DNA of 24,000 bases, from the NCBI GenBank assembly GCA_038235275.1, contig JBBSUC010000019.1, positions 32,372-56,371 on the forward strand, written 5' to 3'. The position numbers and the translations under genes were made by a program. This DNA comes from Cytophagales bacterium. Lineage in GTDB: Bacteria; Bacteroidota; Bacteroidia; Cytophagales; Spirosomataceae. Positions 23,426-24,000 of the stretch are shown here, in pieces (position 1 is the stretch's first letter; every line of letters starts with the position of its first letter). The notes under the pieces were generated by a model, which made no database searches, was not told the DNA's origin, and worked only from the letters and a program-made list of their open reading frames with translations.

Positions 23426-24000
23426 GTGTCGCAAAAAGAAGATTTCGTCGCCGCCATCCAAAAATCTTACAACACCGACCTGCCCTCGATTCATTTGGGA
23501 TCGGGCATACTGAACGGAGAAATCGTCACCGACGCCCGCGTGAACATCCCCCTACGGATGATGACCCGCCACGGCCTCATTGCCGGAGCAACGGGTTCGG
23601 GAAAGACGCGGACGTTGCAGGTCATCGCCGAGCAACTCTCCGACGCAGGTGTTCCTGTGTTCATGTCTGACATCAAGGGCGATCTGTCGGGTCTGGCGCA
23701 GCCGGGTACCACCAATGCCCGGCTGGAAGAACGCGCGGCAGCTCTGGGCATTCCGTTTGAACCCAAAGCTGTCCCCATCGAGCTGTATTCGCTTAGTGGC
23801 AAGCTTGGGGCGCAGATGCGGGCGACGATTCTGGAATTCGGTCCGGCACTTTTGTCCAAAATCCTTGACCTGAACGACACGCAGGAAGGGGTACTTTCTA
23901 TTTTGTTCAAATACGCCGACGACAAAAAATTGCCGATGGTGGATTTAAATGATTTGAAAAAAGTACTCGCCTACCTCTCCGAAGGCCCGGGGGCCGAAGA
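23426..24000 (+). CDS. HerA-like helicase / DUF853 (YjgR-family) P-loop ATPase, 5' partial, continues past the window end
   Basis: I translated this by hand, because the ORF has no stop in the window and is therefore absent from the track: VSQKEDFVAAIQKSYNTDLPSIHLGSGILNGEIVTDARVNIPLRMMTRHGLIAGATGSGKTRTLQVIAEQLSDAGVPVFMSDIKGDLSGLAQPG... Walker A is GATGSGKT. The frame opens after the TAA at 23351 and has no ATG before 23558, so GTG 23426 is the likely start. Confidence 0.85.
   Translation, partial: MSQKEDFVAAIQKSYNTDLPSIHLGSGILNGEIVTDARVNIPLRMMTRHGLIAGATGSGKTRTLQVIAEQLSDAGVPVFMSDIKGDLSGLAQPGTTNARLEERAAALGIPFEPKAVPIELYSLSGKLGAQMRATILEFGPALLSKILDLNDTQEGVLSILFKYADDKKLPMVDLNDLKKVLAYLSEGPGAE

Overview
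This 24 kb window looks like ordinary chromosome from a Bacteroidota-type genome. That placement is an inference from three things: no Shine-Dalgarno sequences, A/C-rich G-poor leaders, several TAnnTTTG-like -7 boxes, and lipoprotein signal peptides ending in S-C. I call 20 protein-coding genes. I found no rRNA, tRNA, CRISPR array, transposase, integrase or phage gene, and no recognisable defence system.

Gene content, left to right:
- A HlyD adaptor plus ABC ATPase efflux operon on the minus strand. It is divergent from a sigma-54-dependent response regulator and histidine kinase pair.
- A small lipoprotein, an APC amino-acid permease and an MFS transporter.
- Three uncharacterised genes: a 188 aa aromatic-rich protein, a coiled-coil lipoprotein, and an Ala/Glu/Lys-rich protein built from 29-residue repeats.
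- A 734 aa SulP anion transporter with an extra C-terminal domain, then cysM and an MscS-family channel.
- A same-strand run on the minus strand: arylsulfatase, GNAT, MBL-fold hydrolase, FadD, alpha/beta hydrolase, lipase.
- A small lipoprotein and the 5' part of a DUF853/HerA-like ATPase.

The ORF track uses TTG and GTG as well as ATG starts, so six of its ORFs are probably over-extended at the 5' end.

Most noteworthy observations:
1. The repeat protein ends in a MinD-like amphipathic tail.
2. The cysM and fadD leaders share a block of about 32 nt made of tandem octamers directly abutting the start codon. Related short tandem oligomers sit in other leaders.
3. A 13 bp inverted repeat bridges the GNAT stop codon and the MBL hydrolase start.
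4. An element of about 131 bp with 21 bp inverted ends lies in an intergenic region.
5. The SulP transporter carries an uncharacterised C-terminal extension.

None of these amounts to a demonstrably new multi-gene system. I rate the window as mostly ordinary, with a few features worth a second look.
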